Source: Flavobacterium sp. (GTDB lineage: Bacteria; Bacteroidota; Bacteroidia; Flavobacteriales; Flavobacteriaceae). Taken from it: a DNA stretch of 64,000 bases. The notes beneath the pieces are model-generated. The model made no database searches and was not told the DNA's origin. It worked only from the letters and a program-made list of their open reading frames with translations. Location: contig NZ_CBDIDC010000011.1 in NCBI RefSeq assembly GCF_965277525.1, positions 687,068-751,067 of the forward strand. Reading direction: 5' to 3'. The position numbers and the translations under genes were made by a program. Below, piece after piece: positions 52,101 through 62,234 of the stretch. Every line of letters starts with the position of its first letter. The stretch's first letter is position 1.

Positions 52101-53528
52101 TTATTTTAATTTAAATCTGTAAATATAATAAGGTGGTTTCCCTTGGTCGACACCACCCGTAAATGCAGGAGTAGTGTTCAATTGGTTGGCAGAAATATAC
52201 ATCCAGTTATCAGGACCCAGGTAAGTGTTATCTGGCCAAAGCAAAAGTGTATTGTCTTTTACAGTATTGGTTAAAGTACCGTCGATTGCCAGTTTTGTAA
52301 TGGCGTGCTCCTGCAAATTAGTAAAATAGTGGTTGCCCATTGCATCTGTTATTGCGCCATCGCTAAAGGGTTTTTTACCAGCAATTGTAATGGCTTCGCC
52401 AATGGTTTTGTCATTTTTGTTTTCCCTAAAAAGCTTTGTCGGAACTTTGTACCAGCTGGTACCGTTCATAGCACCAAAGAAAAGAGTTTCCCTGTCTGCC
52501 GAAAGAGTGATGGGATCTATAGCCACGCGTGCAGGTTTGCCGCCAAAGTTTATTACTTTGCCCTCTATAACCATATCTTTATCTTCTGCCGCCAATGTGT
52601 GATGACCACTAAAGCGACGGGCATTTTTTGTTTTCAGGTTAATAGCAATAATACCCGGATTGGCAATATCGGCAAGATAAGCCCAATTATTTTTCTCGTC
52701 AATGACAACATCTTGTAAAAATGAACCTTTAGGTGCGATAGAACCTGGTAATTCTATTTTTTCAATGACTTTATTGGTGTTGATGTCAAATGACCATAAT
52801 CTGGTTTTTCCTAATTCAAGTCCCATATCAGTTACCCAGAGCCTGCCTTTTTTATCGAATATTAATCCCAACATGGCATCAAACTTGGCATTGGTGGCGG
52901 GCTGGTTGTTTTTTTGAAAACTTTCATTAGGGTAGGCAACAGCTTTACCGTTGATAATTTCTACCAATTGCATTTTTTGACTGCCCAGAGGATGAATGGT
53001 GGCAAACACACGTCCATTAGCAGATACGGCCACATCGCCCGGACGAATATCCATAGCTGCCACGGATTCTAATTGGGGTTGTGCAGTTGCAGTGTTTCCA
53101 AAATAATTAGCTGTTCCATTAATCCAATCGGTACGTGGCGGCGCAAAAAAATCAATGTCGAGGGTACCGTCTTCCAGACACTCAAACTCGTGTGGTATAT
53201 TTGCCGGAATAATCAGTACTTCACCTGCTTTTACTGTGTAATCTTTACCTTGCATTGTTACTTTGACACTGCCTTTGGTAATGTAGGAAGTTTGCTCGTT
53301 AGAGTGATGATGTAAAGGGACTTTTGCTCCTTTGTCCATTTTAAATAGTGCCAGCATCCCTTTTTCGCCGTATACATATTTGCGTTGCAGTTGGGGCGCC
53401 ATCTGTTCCCAGCCTTCATCTTCAAATTTTATGTGCTGTATTTCATTGGGCTTTTGTGCCCATATCGATTGTACCAACATATTGAAGGTGGCAATGGCAA
53501 GAGTTGCAATTTTTGTTTTAAATTTCAT
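52101..53528 (-). CDS. secreted cupin-domain / MRJP (yellow)-like beta-propeller fusion protein
   Basis: The N-terminal cupin has HHHSNEQTSYITKG...IIPANIPHEF. The C-terminal part (LWVTDMG..., WAYLADIANPGIIAINL, FFGAMNGTSWYKV) resembles major-royal-jelly/yellow family proteins. Confidence 0.55.
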   Translation of the reverse strand: MKFKTKIATLAIATFNMLVQSIWAQKPNEIQHIKFEDEGWEQMAPQLQRKYVYGEKGMLALFKMDKGAKVPLHHHSNEQTSYITKGSVKVTMQGKDYTVKAGEVLIIPANIPHEFECLEDGTLDIDFFAPPRTDWINGTANYFGNTATAQPQLESVAAMDIRPGDVAVSANGRVFATIHPLGSQKMQLVEIINGKAVAYPNESFQKNNQPATNAKFDAMLGLIFDKKGRLWVTDMGLELGKTRLWSFDINTNKVIEKIELPGSIAPKGSFLQDVVIDEKNNWAYLADIANPGIIAINLKTKNARRFSGHHTLAAEDKDMVIEGKVINFGGKPARVAIDPITLSADRETLFFGAMNGTSWYKVPTKLFRENKNDKTIGEAITIAGKKPFSDGAITDAMGNHYFTNLQEHAITKLAIDGTLTNTVKDNTLLLWPDNTYLGPDNWMYISANQLNTTPAFTGGVDQGKPPYYIYRFKLK

Positions 53529-53554
53529 TCTGTTTTAATTTAATAATTAATGTT

Positions 53555-54343
53555 TTAATAAGAAGATTTTTTGTCGTTACTTTTGAACTTCGTGTTACGA
53601 AAACGTTGGTTGTTTTTAAGCAGTTCTACCGTATAGCCGTCTTTTTCATCAAGTGATACTATTAGGTTTCCGTTTAGTAAGCCTGCTACCAAATGCCCTC
53701 CATATGTTTTATCATCGGCAATAAAATGAAAATGAAACGGAGAAAGATCGATACTGCTGAAGTATGGCGGGTTATAAAAGCCAACCAAAGTGCCCGTAAT
53801 ATTTTTGGCTTTGTACAAGGGCCTGTTTTTCATCAATACCGCAAGGCCTGTAGTGTCAGCTGATGCAATTTTTTCTGCGCCACCTGTGGTAATTTCAGAA
53901 AAACTGCAATTGATTTTAATGGCATAAGGCATATTCTGCGATGGCAATAAAGTAAGGAGTTTTTGTTGCAGTTGTTCTGCCGTTCCGTTAAAAGAAAAGG
54001 TAATTACAGTATCTTTTTTAAACTGTGCCAAAGAAAAAAATGGAGATTTTCGGTTGGTTTCTTCCACTACTTTTCCATCGGAGGCAATGCGATAAAAAAT
54101 ACCGTCTAAGGCAATTAATTCTCCATCTAAAAGATTATAAGTGCCAAGTCCAAAATCGCCTTTGGCTGTCAGATATTGAATGTTGTGTTCCCCCTCATAA
54201 ATGCCGTTGCGCATTGCATCCATTACCGAGTAATGGTAGATGACATCATGTTGTTGTGCTTGGGCTTCAAAGCATAAAAAAGTTAAAACGGTGATGATTG
54301 GTATTAATCTCATAATATTTTTTTTAAAAGGAATGTTCCTCAA
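53555..54343 (-). CDS. budA: alpha-acetolactate decarboxylase
   Basis: YHYSVMDAMRNGIYEG...GDFGLGTYNLLDGELIALDGIFYR...HFHFIADD is characteristic of ALDC. It has a signal-like N-terminus. Confidence 0.75.
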   Translation of the reverse strand: MRNIPFKKNIMRLIPIITVLTFLCFEAQAQQHDVIYHYSVMDAMRNGIYEGEHNIQYLTAKGDFGLGTYNLLDGELIALDGIFYRIASDGKVVEETNRKSPFFSLAQFKKDTVITFSFNGTAEQLQQKLLTLLPSQNMPYAIKINCSFSEITTGGAEKIASADTTGLAVLMKNRPLYKAKNITGTLVGFYNPPYFSSIDLSPFHFHFIADDKTYGGHLVAGLLNGNLIVSLDEKDGYTVELLKNNQRFRNTKFKSNDKKSSY

Positions 54344-54366
54344 ATGAAAATGTCCTTTATAATTGC

Positions 54367-54966
54367 CTACAAAAATTCGATAACGCTTTCCATCTGCAGA
54401 CGCTCTTTTGGCTTAACAGCTGGCTGATTGCCATCTTCGGGGTTTCTATAGCCAATTGCAACTGCAAATAATGGCTTATAATTTTCGAGTTTTAAGATGC
54501 TTTTGTATTCATCGTTTTTAATCCCTTCCATGGGCGTACTGTCAATTTCCATATTTGCACAGGCACTTAAAAAAAAACCAAGAGATAAATACACCTGATG
54601 CTGTAGCCACGATTTAATTGCTGTTTCTGAACCGGTTTTTATAAACTGATTGTAATAACCAACGGCACCTTCTGGCAGGTTTTGATGAATTTGCGTTTCA
54701 AATTTTCCAATGTCGTCAATAGCGCTAAAAACCACCAAATGACTTGCTTCATTTATTTTCTGTTCATTGAAATAAGAAACAGCTGCCAGTTTACTTTTTA
54801 TTTTTTCGTCTGAAACGAAAGTAAATTTCCAGGGTTGGCTGTTGATAGATGATGGGCTTAAGTGTAAAATTTCTTTTAACTGCTGGATTTTATCATCCGT
54901 AATTTTTTCGTTTGAATTGTACTTCTTTGTGGTATACCTGCTCTTTGCAAGATTTAAAAAACTCAT
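54367..54966 (-). CDS. oxygen-insensitive NAD(P)H nitroreductase (NfsB-like)
   Basis: SRYTTKKY...SPSSINSQPWKF...MEGI...AIGYR pattern. Confidence 0.8.
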   Translation of the reverse strand: MSFLNLAKSRYTTKKYNSNEKITDDKIQQLKEILHLSPSSINSQPWKFTFVSDEKIKSKLAAVSYFNEQKINEASHLVVFSAIDDIGKFETQIHQNLPEGAVGYYNQFIKTGSETAIKSWLQHQVYLSLGFFLSACANMEIDSTPMEGIKNDEYKSILKLENYKPLFAVAIGYRNPEDGNQPAVKPKERLQMESVIEFL

Positions 54967-55064
54967 ATTTCTAAAATTTTAATTATACTATACTTTTTAT
55001 TGTTACAAACATAAGTATAGTTTGTTATCTTTGCAATAACGGTCAAAATAGATAGTATAAAAAA

Positions 55065-55412
55065 ATGTATTGCATAAACGATAAAGAATATCCATGTAGC
55101 ACCAGTCTGACTATGAAATATATAGGTGGAAAATGGAAATCAGTCATTCTTATTCATTTAATTGAAAAGAAACGCTACAATGAATTGAGAAAAGAATTGC
55201 CAATGGTTACGGAGCGAACCATAAGTTTGCAATTAAAAGAATTGGAAGAAGACGGTTTGATTATACGCACCGTACACACCACCAAACCACCTTTGAAAGT
55301 AGATTATGAGCTAACAGATTTTGGAAAAACACTCATTCCCTTACTTAAAGCGATTGCTAGTTGGGGAAAAGAAACAGCTAAAAACAATAAAAGGATAGTT
55401 GTTGTGGAATGA
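55065..55412 (+). CDS. HxlR-family transcriptional regulator
   Basis: IGGKWKSVILIHLIEKKRYNELRKELPMVTERTISLQLKELEEDGLIIR. Divergent from the nitroreductase gene. Confidence 0.85.
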   Translation: MYCINDKEYPCSTSLTMKYIGGKWKSVILIHLIEKKRYNELRKELPMVTERTISLQLKELEEDGLIIRTVHTTKPPLKVDYELTDFGKTLIPLLKAIASWGKETAKNNKRIVVVE

Positions 55413-55491
55413 GCAGGCTGTTGCTAAAGATAACAGCAGTGGTTGCAGAAGTTAGATGAATATGATTTAAACATATTTTAATTGATTTTGG

Positions 55492-55524
55492 GAGTGTTTC
55501 AGATTAGGTGTTTTAGTATAATAG
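55492..55524. repeat. diverged solo copy of the first ~33 nt of the 91-bp repeat (IS-end-like)
   Basis: gagtgtttcagattaggtgttttagtataatag aligns with gtagtgttacagattaggtgtttttataattta at 21997/24743. Confidence 0.4.
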
Positions 55525-55996
55525 CATTGTGAGATTGGAAAAATGGCCGGCTCAGACCAGAGTCTTTTAGCATAATTTGACCACTACTTTTAGAATGTGT
55601 TGACCAATGTTATTCAATTTAAAGTGATCATCATAATTTGGAATTAAATCTAGTATAAATTATTGTGAGTCAGACTCTATTTTGTAATTATATTAATATG
55701 AAATTCTACGAAATAGACAATAAAATTTAGAACCGAATTTAGGTGGTCATTCCATTTTAACATATAATGGTCAATTAAACTGATTTTTCCAACAGTTCTG
55801 CGAAGTGGAGAAAATGTTTTTCGAGGGTTGCCTGAGATAATTTATATAAATTATCCTTAGTGTCCAAAACATTTGTTTATCAAGATTTTTCTTACGAATA
55901 TCGAGCCTAATTGTTGAGTAGGTCTTCAACTTGTGTTTGCTCCAATTTACAGAGATCATATTCTATTTTAATGTGACATTCTCAACAAAGGATTTT

Positions 55997-56013
55997 GACT
56001 TTTTAAACAAAAT
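55997..56013. repeat. 17-mer gactttttaaacaaaat (copy 1 of 3 in the window)
   Basis: Exact copies at 55997-56013, 63004-63020 and 63026-63042, each in a promoter-proximal intergenic region. Confidence 0.6.
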
Positions 56014-56188
56014 AATCTATTTGTAATTCCCGTAAATTTGATCTATAGCTTTAAAACATTAAATAAGCGAACGGAATTGAAAATATAATTTAAAACATAA
56101 TTTGTTTTTAATGATTTGATTATCAGTATATTTATATAGGAATAAAATAAGAGTATTAAAGTAATAAGTTTTAAAATAAAAGCAAGCA

Positions 56189-56632
56189 ATGGAAAATTCA
56201 AATTCTCAATCAAAACCCGCGTCTATTTTATTCAAAGAATATCTGGATTGCGTAAATGCAGGAAATCCAAAAACAGTAGCTGAATTTTTTGACAAAGACG
56301 GTTATATCGAAGCGCCTTATGTGGCAACTTTCGGAATGGACTCAAAAATCTTAGGCAGGCCTGCCATTGAAGCTACTATGACAGGACTATTGCAAAATGC
56401 ACCCAATTTTAAATTTACAAGTCTTAGAATTATTCTGGAAACGCCTATAGAGGTTGTGGCCGAATATGAAAGTGAGGCTGTCATGGCTACAGGCAAAGAT
56501 TACAAGCAATTGTATATTGGCCACATCACATTTAAAGACGGAAAAATTGTTACGCACAAAGAATTCCTGAATACCGTGACTTTTGCAAAGGCATTTTTGC
56601 CTGATGTATTAAAAGATTTGGCAAACAAATAA
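56189..56632 (+). CDS. NTF2/SnoaL-like fold protein
   Basis: Its size and pattern (FFDKDGYIEAPY..., ...YIGHITFKDGKIV.HKEF) are typical of SnoaL-like proteins. Confidence 0.5.
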   Translation: MENSNSQSKPASILFKEYLDCVNAGNPKTVAEFFDKDGYIEAPYVATFGMDSKILGRPAIEATMTGLLQNAPNFKFTSLRIILETPIEVVAEYESEAVMATGKDYKQLYIGHITFKDGKIVTHKEFLNTVTFAKAFLPDVLKDLANK

Positions 56633-56643
56633 ATAGAGAAACT

Positions 56644-57615
56644 ATGCGAGTTACAAAACAGATGCATAATAAAGAACTGCAGAAGGGCTATTGGGTCATG
56701 AAAATAGCATCAAAGTTGCTTATGAACAAAGTGGGCATTAGTTTATTGAATACCTTCAGTGCAAATAGTAAAGGAAAAAACATAGAAGGGCTTCACTGCG
56801 AACAGGTATATATATGTGACGCAAATAACAGTAAGAATATACGGTTAAGGATTTTTAGCCCTTTGAACTACAGTGGCAAATTGCCAGGTATGCTTTATAT
56901 CCATGGCGGAGGACTGATGATGGGTACTCCGGAAGACTTCCTGGATATTATTAAAAATTATATGGATGCAAGTCCCTGCATCATTGTTGCCCCGGATTAT
57001 ACCAAAGCCTTTGATGCTCCCTATCCCGCAGCTTTTAATGACTGCTACGATACTTTATTGTGGATGAATAAAAACACGGCAATACTTAGCATAATTCCTG
57101 ACAAATTAATTGTTGCAGGACATAGTGCAGGGGGTGGCCTTGCGGCTGCCGTTACCTTGAAAGCCACTGATACCGGAGACGTAAAAATAGCTTTTCAGAT
57201 ACCAATTTATCCGATGCTAGATGACAGGCAGAATACAGAATCAGCAAAGGATAATAATTCAGCAGGATGGAATTCAAAATCAAATGAAATGGGATGGAAA
57301 GCATACCTTAAAGAACTTCTGGAAGAGGGTAGTGAAATTCCAACGTATGCAGCACCGGCCCGTGCAGAGGATTATTCAAAATTACCGCCAACGATTACTT
57401 TTGTAGGCAGTCTTGAACCTTTCAGAGATGAGACCCTTGCATATGTTGAACATTTAAAGGTCAATAATATTGATGTCACATTTCGCCTTTTTGAAGGCTG
57501 CTATCATGCTTTTGAGGTACTGCACCCGAAGCTTAAAATCAGTGAGGAAGCCTGGGGATTTCTACTAAGTGCCTACAGTAAGTATGTGCATAAATATGTC
57601 TACTCAAAAAAATAA
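56644..57615 (+). CDS. alpha/beta-hydrolase fold-3 esterase/lipase
   Basis: Oxyanion HGGG (LYIHGGGLMMG), nucleophile elbow GHSAGG, and a catalytic His in CYHAF. Confidence 0.8.
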   Translation: MRVTKQMHNKELQKGYWVMKIASKLLMNKVGISLLNTFSANSKGKNIEGLHCEQVYICDANNSKNIRLRIFSPLNYSGKLPGMLYIHGGGLMMGTPEDFLDIIKNYMDASPCIIVAPDYTKAFDAPYPAAFNDCYDTLLWMNKNTAILSIIPDKLIVAGHSAGGGLAAAVTLKATDTGDVKIAFQIPIYPMLDDRQNTESAKDNNSAGWNSKSNEMGWKAYLKELLEEGSEIPTYAAPARAEDYSKLPPTITFVGSLEPFRDETLAYVEHLKVNNIDVTFRLFEGCYHAFEVLHPKLKISEEAWGFLLSAYSKYVHKYVYSKK

Positions 57616-57626
57616 AAAAATCAATT

Positions 57627-58448
57627 TTGATGGATTATATTTCAAAATATCTGACTCCTGAAATCAAGCTTTCCAGCTATGATGATGAACTTTTTAAGTC
57701 TGACCTCATGTTTGATGACCATATGCTTATCTGGTTCATCTCAGGAGAAACAAAAATTATACAGGCTGATGCCACTTTCTATTTTAAGACAGGAGATATA
57801 TTCCTGATCCCAAGGAACCTCCTCGCTGCAATGGTAAATTATCCTAAGAACGGACAGCCTCATAAAACAGTGGTAATGCATCTCTCTACAGAAAGGCTGA
57901 AAAAGTTTTACGAAAAAATTAACATTGACAAAAAAACTGAGACCGCGCATAAAATATTTAGTTTCAGCAACCATCCTTTAATTGAAAGCTGCATGGCCTC
58001 AGTAGTACCGTATTTTGATATGAAAGGGGAATTACCTGATAGTATCGCGTCACTTAAAATTACCGAAGCCATAAGCATACTGCGTGAGATTGATAAAAGC
58101 GTAGACAATGTCCTGGCAAATTTTGATGAGCCGGGGAAGGTGGACCTGATCGATTTTATGGAGCGCAATTTCATGTATAATATGCCGATGGAGAAATTAG
58201 GCTATCTCACAGGCCGCAGTTTGTCAACCTTCAATAGGGACTTTAAGAAGTATTTTAACATGCCGCCGCAAAAATGGCTGACCGAGAAAAGGTTGCAGAT
58301 GGCGCATTTTCTTCTTTCCGATAAAAGGAAAAAGCCGGCAGAAGTTTATCTCGAAGTAGGTTTCGAAGATTTTTCTCATTTTTCATTTGCCTTCAAGAAA
58401 AAATATGGATTCTCTCCAAGCCAAACACCATTACTGGATTCTGATTAA
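57627..58448 (+). CDS. AraC-family transcriptional regulator (ATG at 57630)
   Basis: An N-terminal cupin-like sensor and the C-terminal HTH pair ...SLSTFNRDFKKYFNMPPQKWLTEKRLQMAHFLL...VGFEDFSHFSFAFKKKYGFSPSQ. Confidence 0.85.
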   Translation: MMDYISKYLTPEIKLSSYDDELFKSDLMFDDHMLIWFISGETKIIQADATFYFKTGDIFLIPRNLLAAMVNYPKNGQPHKTVVMHLSTERLKKFYEKINIDKKTETAHKIFSFSNHPLIESCMASVVPYFDMKGELPDSIASLKITEAISILREIDKSVDNVLANFDEPGKVDLIDFMERNFMYNMPMEKLGYLTGRSLSTFNRDFKKYFNMPPQKWLTEKRLQMAHFLLSDKRKKPAEVYLEVGFEDFSHFSFAFKKKYGFSPSQTPLLDSD

Positions 58449-58534
58449 CCGCAGCTTTGATCATCATATAATATATCAATTCAAAATAACTCCCAAGTTA
58501 ATCCATAACTCTAAATCTACTAATAAAAAATTTT

Positions 58535-61456
58535 ATGAAGAAAAAATTACTTAAAGGATCCAGTAAAACACAGTTTACGCTTTGCATCCTGTTTGCTTGT
58601 TTGCTCCTGAGCTCCTGGCAGGCACATTGCCAGTACATAACCCAAAATCTTGCTCCGACAGCCGTGATTAGAGAAGGGCTTGCACTGGAGCAATCAGCTG
58701 ACGGTCGCATATTTATTGCTGAAAGGGCGGGTATCGTAAAAGTATTCCAGAACAATACCGTTTCAACAGTGTTTACAGTCACGACCGTTACTGATAATGA
58801 ACAGGGCCTGTTAGGATTAACCCTTCATCCTGATTTTGCTGCAAATGGATATATTTATGTATTTTACTCTATAAACGAGTCAGGAATAATCAGGCATCGT
58901 ATAGAAAGGGTACAGATCAACAATGCCAATCAGGTTCTCGCAAGACAGGAGATCCTATTGCTTGAGCCGATTGGTGGTGGATTCCATAACGGAGGGGATT
59001 TGAAGTTCTTCAACGGATTTCTATATGTCACCGTGGGAGATAGCCAAAGAGATACCAATGCTCAGGATCTGGATACCTACAAAGGAAAAATACTTCGATT
59101 GACAGAAAACGGATTGCCAGCGCCTGGAAATCCTTTCTATGGAAGCGGTTCCCTTCAGAGGCAGAGTATCTGGGTCTACGGATTTAGAAATCCCTGGAGA
59201 CTTGTTTCCAATCCGGTGGCCAATAAATTATTCGTCCTTGATGTAGGGACATCCTGGGAAGAAATAAATGAAATCAGCAATCCTGTGATACGCAATTATG
59301 GCTGGGGTCACCCTCAGGGAGGCGATGGAAAACAGACCGAAGCTAACCTTTTTACCAATCCCATATTTACCTATGCTACGGGAAGTATTGGAAATGCGCT
59401 TACTAACGGGCTTTTGTACAACCCTGTAACACCCCGGTATCCAAATCTTGAGGGAAAATTCATTATCAAAGATTTTGTTAGAAATGCGATACGTTCATTT
59501 GATCCGAATATTCCAGATCCGGTTTCTACTGAATTCTATACGGCGCCGCAGCAGCAGGCACTCGGAATGATGATGGGCAATGACGGATTCATCTACTATT
59601 GCGCATATGGAAATAATGGGGCTTTAATCAAGCTTGATTATATCGCAACTGCTGCCCCGACTATTGTAAACCACCCGTTATCGCAATCCATAATGCAGAC
59701 CACGCCTGTCACTTTTACTGTTTCTGCCAGTGGAGTGGGACTTTCGTATCAATGGCAGTTCAATAATACAGATATTCCCGGGGCAACTACAGTGAACTAT
59801 ACGATTCCAAACCTATCAGTAGCAAATGCAGGCTCTTATAGGGTTATTGTAAGCAATACTGCGGGAAGCGCCACCAGCAATCCGGCGATGCTTACTGTAA
59901 CTCCTTTCAACAATACACCGACAGTTACTATCCTCTCCCCATTACCCACTTTAAAGTGGAATGCGGAGGATATTGTTTATTTTGAAGCAACAGCAATTGA
60001 TATCGAGGATGGAACCCTGCCTGCAAGCGCTTATTCATGGAGTATGGACCTTTTTCATGAAGATGTGCCTGGTGCAGGACACTCTCATCCCGGAGCAAGT
60101 CCACAAGGGGTAAAATCAGGAAACTTTACAGCATCAAACCAAGGAGAGAAGACACCAAATGTCTGGTACCGATTCACTGTAAGGGTAACCGACAGCAATG
60201 GTCTGGTAGGAACTGCTTTTGTGGATATAAGGCCCAATTTAGTTGATGTCACCGTAACGAGTTCTCCTGCCTTATTGAATCTGGAATTCAATCAGAGGGC
60301 TGTTACCACGCCTTCCACAAAGCAGGTCGTTGCCAATGCATCCTTACAGACGCTAAACGCGCCTACTCCCCAATATATCGGAAATGTGCGCTACGATTTT
60401 GATCATTGGAGCCAGGGAGGAACCGTTAACCAGACATTTCAGGCACCGGCGACCGGCACCATAACCTATACTGCATTCTATAACTCCTCTACACTTCCAA
60501 GTGGTCCTTATCAGGGAATTGTTGCTCAGGTTCCAGGAGTAATAGAGGCAGAAAATTATGATGTCGGTGCGGGTGCTTATTTTGATAGCAATGGCGGCGG
60601 AGATACAGTCTACAGGCCGGGAGATGGCGTAGGAACCGAGGCTTGCAGCGAAGGCGGTTTTAATCTTGCGTATGTAGCAAGGAATGAATGGCTGAAATAT
60701 ACCGCAAAAGCAAATACGACTGGAATCTATAATATCAACCTGAGAGTTTCATCGCCTTACAACGCAAGAAAAGTGCATCTTGAAGTGGATGGCGTGAATG
60801 TGACCGGAACAGTCAACCTGCCTAATACAGGAGGTTTTCAGGCATGGCAGACCGCTACAGTGCTAAATGTACCTTTAACCCAAGGCGTGCACGTTATAAC
60901 GTTATTTTTCGAGGAGGGAGACATAAATGTCAATAAGATGGAATTCGTGCTCACTGGAAGCACAGCGGCCCCGACCGCTGATTTTGAGGCCAGCACATCA
61001 ATGGGATGCCTTAATACTCCTGTTATTTTTACTTCTGTTTCGATAGGAAACGTTGACAATTATCTTTGGAATTTTGGGCAGAGTGCACAACCTGCAACTG
61101 CTACAGGTGCAGGTCCGCATTCTGTTATCTATAGCACTGAAGGAGACAAAGAAGTTTCACTTACCGTAAACAATACCGCTGGAGGCAATACCAAAGATGT
61201 TTTTTTTATGGTTCATAGTTGCAACCTTGGCATTGATATTCCAGCGATTGAATCTAAGAAAATTATAGTTTATCCAAATCCTTCTACTGGAATATTTCAC
61301 CTGTCAGAAGAACTGCAATGGACTGTATATTCCCCTTTAGGGATTAAGGTCAAGCATGGAGCGGGAAATCAGGTCAATATCTCTGAGCATGCATCGGGAA
61401 TTTATTTTATTAAAACAGGAAAAAATAGTAAAGCCATACAGATCGTTAAACAGTAA
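58535..61456 (+). CDS. T9SS-secreted multidomain protein: PQQ-type sugar dehydrogenase-like beta-propeller, Ig-like, CBM6-like, PKD and T9SS C-terminal sorting domains
   Basis: GLLGLTLHPDFAANGYIYVFYS (sorbosone/glucose dehydrogenase-like). YQWQFNNTDIPGAT...AGSYRVIVSN (Ig). IEAENYD...WLKYT...GGFQAWQT (CBM6-like). A PKD unit. The C-terminus reads IIVYPNPSTGIFHL...GIYFIKT. Confidence 0.7.
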   Translation: MKKKLLKGSSKTQFTLCILFACLLLSSWQAHCQYITQNLAPTAVIREGLALEQSADGRIFIAERAGIVKVFQNNTVSTVFTVTTVTDNEQGLLGLTLHPDFAANGYIYVFYSINESGIIRHRIERVQINNANQVLARQEILLLEPIGGGFHNGGDLKFFNGFLYVTVGDSQRDTNAQDLDTYKGKILRLTENGLPAPGNPFYGSGSLQRQSIWVYGFRNPWRLVSNPVANKLFVLDVGTSWEEINEISNPVIRNYGWGHPQGGDGKQTEANLFTNPIFTYATGSIGNALTNGLLYNPVTPRYPNLEGKFIIKDFVRNAIRSFDPNIPDPVSTEFYTAPQQQALGMMMGNDGFIYYCAYGNNGALIKLDYIATAAPTIVNHPLSQSIMQTTPVTFTVSASGVGLSYQWQFNNTDIPGATTVNYTIPNLSVANAGSYRVIVSNTAGSATSNPAMLTVTPFNNTPTVTILSPLPTLKWNAEDIVYFEATAIDIEDGTLPASAYSWSMDLFHEDVPGAGHSHPGASPQGVKSGNFTASNQGEKTPNVWYRFTVRVTDSNGLVGTAFVDIRPNLVDVTVTSSPALLNLEFNQRAVTTPSTKQVVANASLQTLNAPTPQYIGNVRYDFDHWSQGGTVNQTFQAPATGTITYTAFYNSSTLPSGPYQGIVAQVPGVIEAENYDVGAGAYFDSNGGGDTVYRPGDGVGTEACSEGGFNLAYVARNEWLKYTAKANTTGIYNINLRVSSPYNARKVHLEVDGVNVTGTVNLPNTGGFQAWQTATVLNVPLTQGVHVITLFFEEGDINVNKMEFVLTGSTAAPTADFEASTSMGCLNTPVIFTSVSIGNVDNYLWNFGQSAQPATATGAGPHSVIYSTEGDKEVSLTVNNTAGGNTKDVFFMVHSCNLGIDIPAIESKKIIVYPNPSTGIFHLSEELQWTVYSPLGIKVKHGAGNQVNISEHASGIYFIKTGKNSKAIQIVKQ

Positions 61457-61523
61457 GCTGGTTTAGTTATATTTAAAGTTATAAATTATATATAAAGACG
61501 TAACTGACAGAGATTGTAATAAT

Positions 61524-61567
61524 GCATATACAAAAGCCTGCAAAGAATTGCAGGCTTTTGTATATGC
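61524..61567. terminator. long perfect hairpin (20-bp stem) downstream of the 973-aa gene
   Basis: gcatatacaaaagcctgcaa (61524-61543) pairs with ttgcaggcttttgtatatgc (61548-61567). There is no clean T-run after the stem. Confidence 0.45.
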
Positions 61568-62000
61568 AGCAGTAGACCGAAAATAGTAACCGGATAATTT
61601 TATTAGTCGTTGATTTTATCCTTTTGGTAAAGTGTGAGCCAGGTATCCTACGGGCTGTAGCAGCGATACTTCCTTCGCATCTCCTGTCGGGTCGTTGAGC
61701 CCTTTTATCTTCTTGCTGAAACTTAACTTCTTATTTTCAAAAATGCAGCTGAACTTTGGAAATTCATTATGGGATACAATCCAATTGTAAGGATCCTTTT
61801 TTTTAATTACAAATTTTTTCATTGCCAATTTTTCCTTTGAGGCAGTATCTTACTATTACCAATAAACTCCCGCTATGTTCAAGTAGCAAATTTATCTGTT
61901 TCAAAGTTAGCGACAATATTGCATTTTATTGTACTCCTTAGACACTTCCTGTATACAAAATTTTGCATGTCTCTCCCGTGATACACCTGTTGCTGTTTAA

Positions 62001-62039
62001 TGACATTGTAAACAAAGAATATTGACATTGTAAACAAAG
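62001..62039. repeat. 17-bp direct repeat tgacattgtaaacaaag x2 with a 22-bp period
   Basis: Copies at 62001-62017 and 62023-62039, about 200 nt upstream of the 62235 gene. Confidence 0.6.
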
Positions 62040-62234
62040 CCCAGCATGGTGGTTGTGTATAACTTTGTAATAGGCTTTTAGCAACAAAGAACGGCGCTTG
62101 ACATTTATCGGGGGACACCACAGAAGCCTATAAATTCAGGATTTAGCTTGAAGGTAGAGAAGCTAATCAAAGTGACCCACCTTAAAGTAGACTGTGTCCA
62201 TTCCAGCCTCTAATCAATAATTTATTTTTTAGAC

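Noticed and set aside
52305-53538. Plus-strand ORFs antisense to 52101..53528
   Set aside because: They are shadow frames of the cupin/MRJP-like gene.
58498-58782. Minus-strand 94-aa ORF
   Set aside because: It overlaps the start and signal-peptide region of the well-supported 58535..61456 gene on the opposite strand.
61616-62121. Minus-strand ORFs 61616..61828 and 61879..62121
   Set aside because: Neither has a motif, a signal or a coupled neighbour. The second spans the 17-bp tandem repeat. They might be real small genes, but the sequence alone does not support them.
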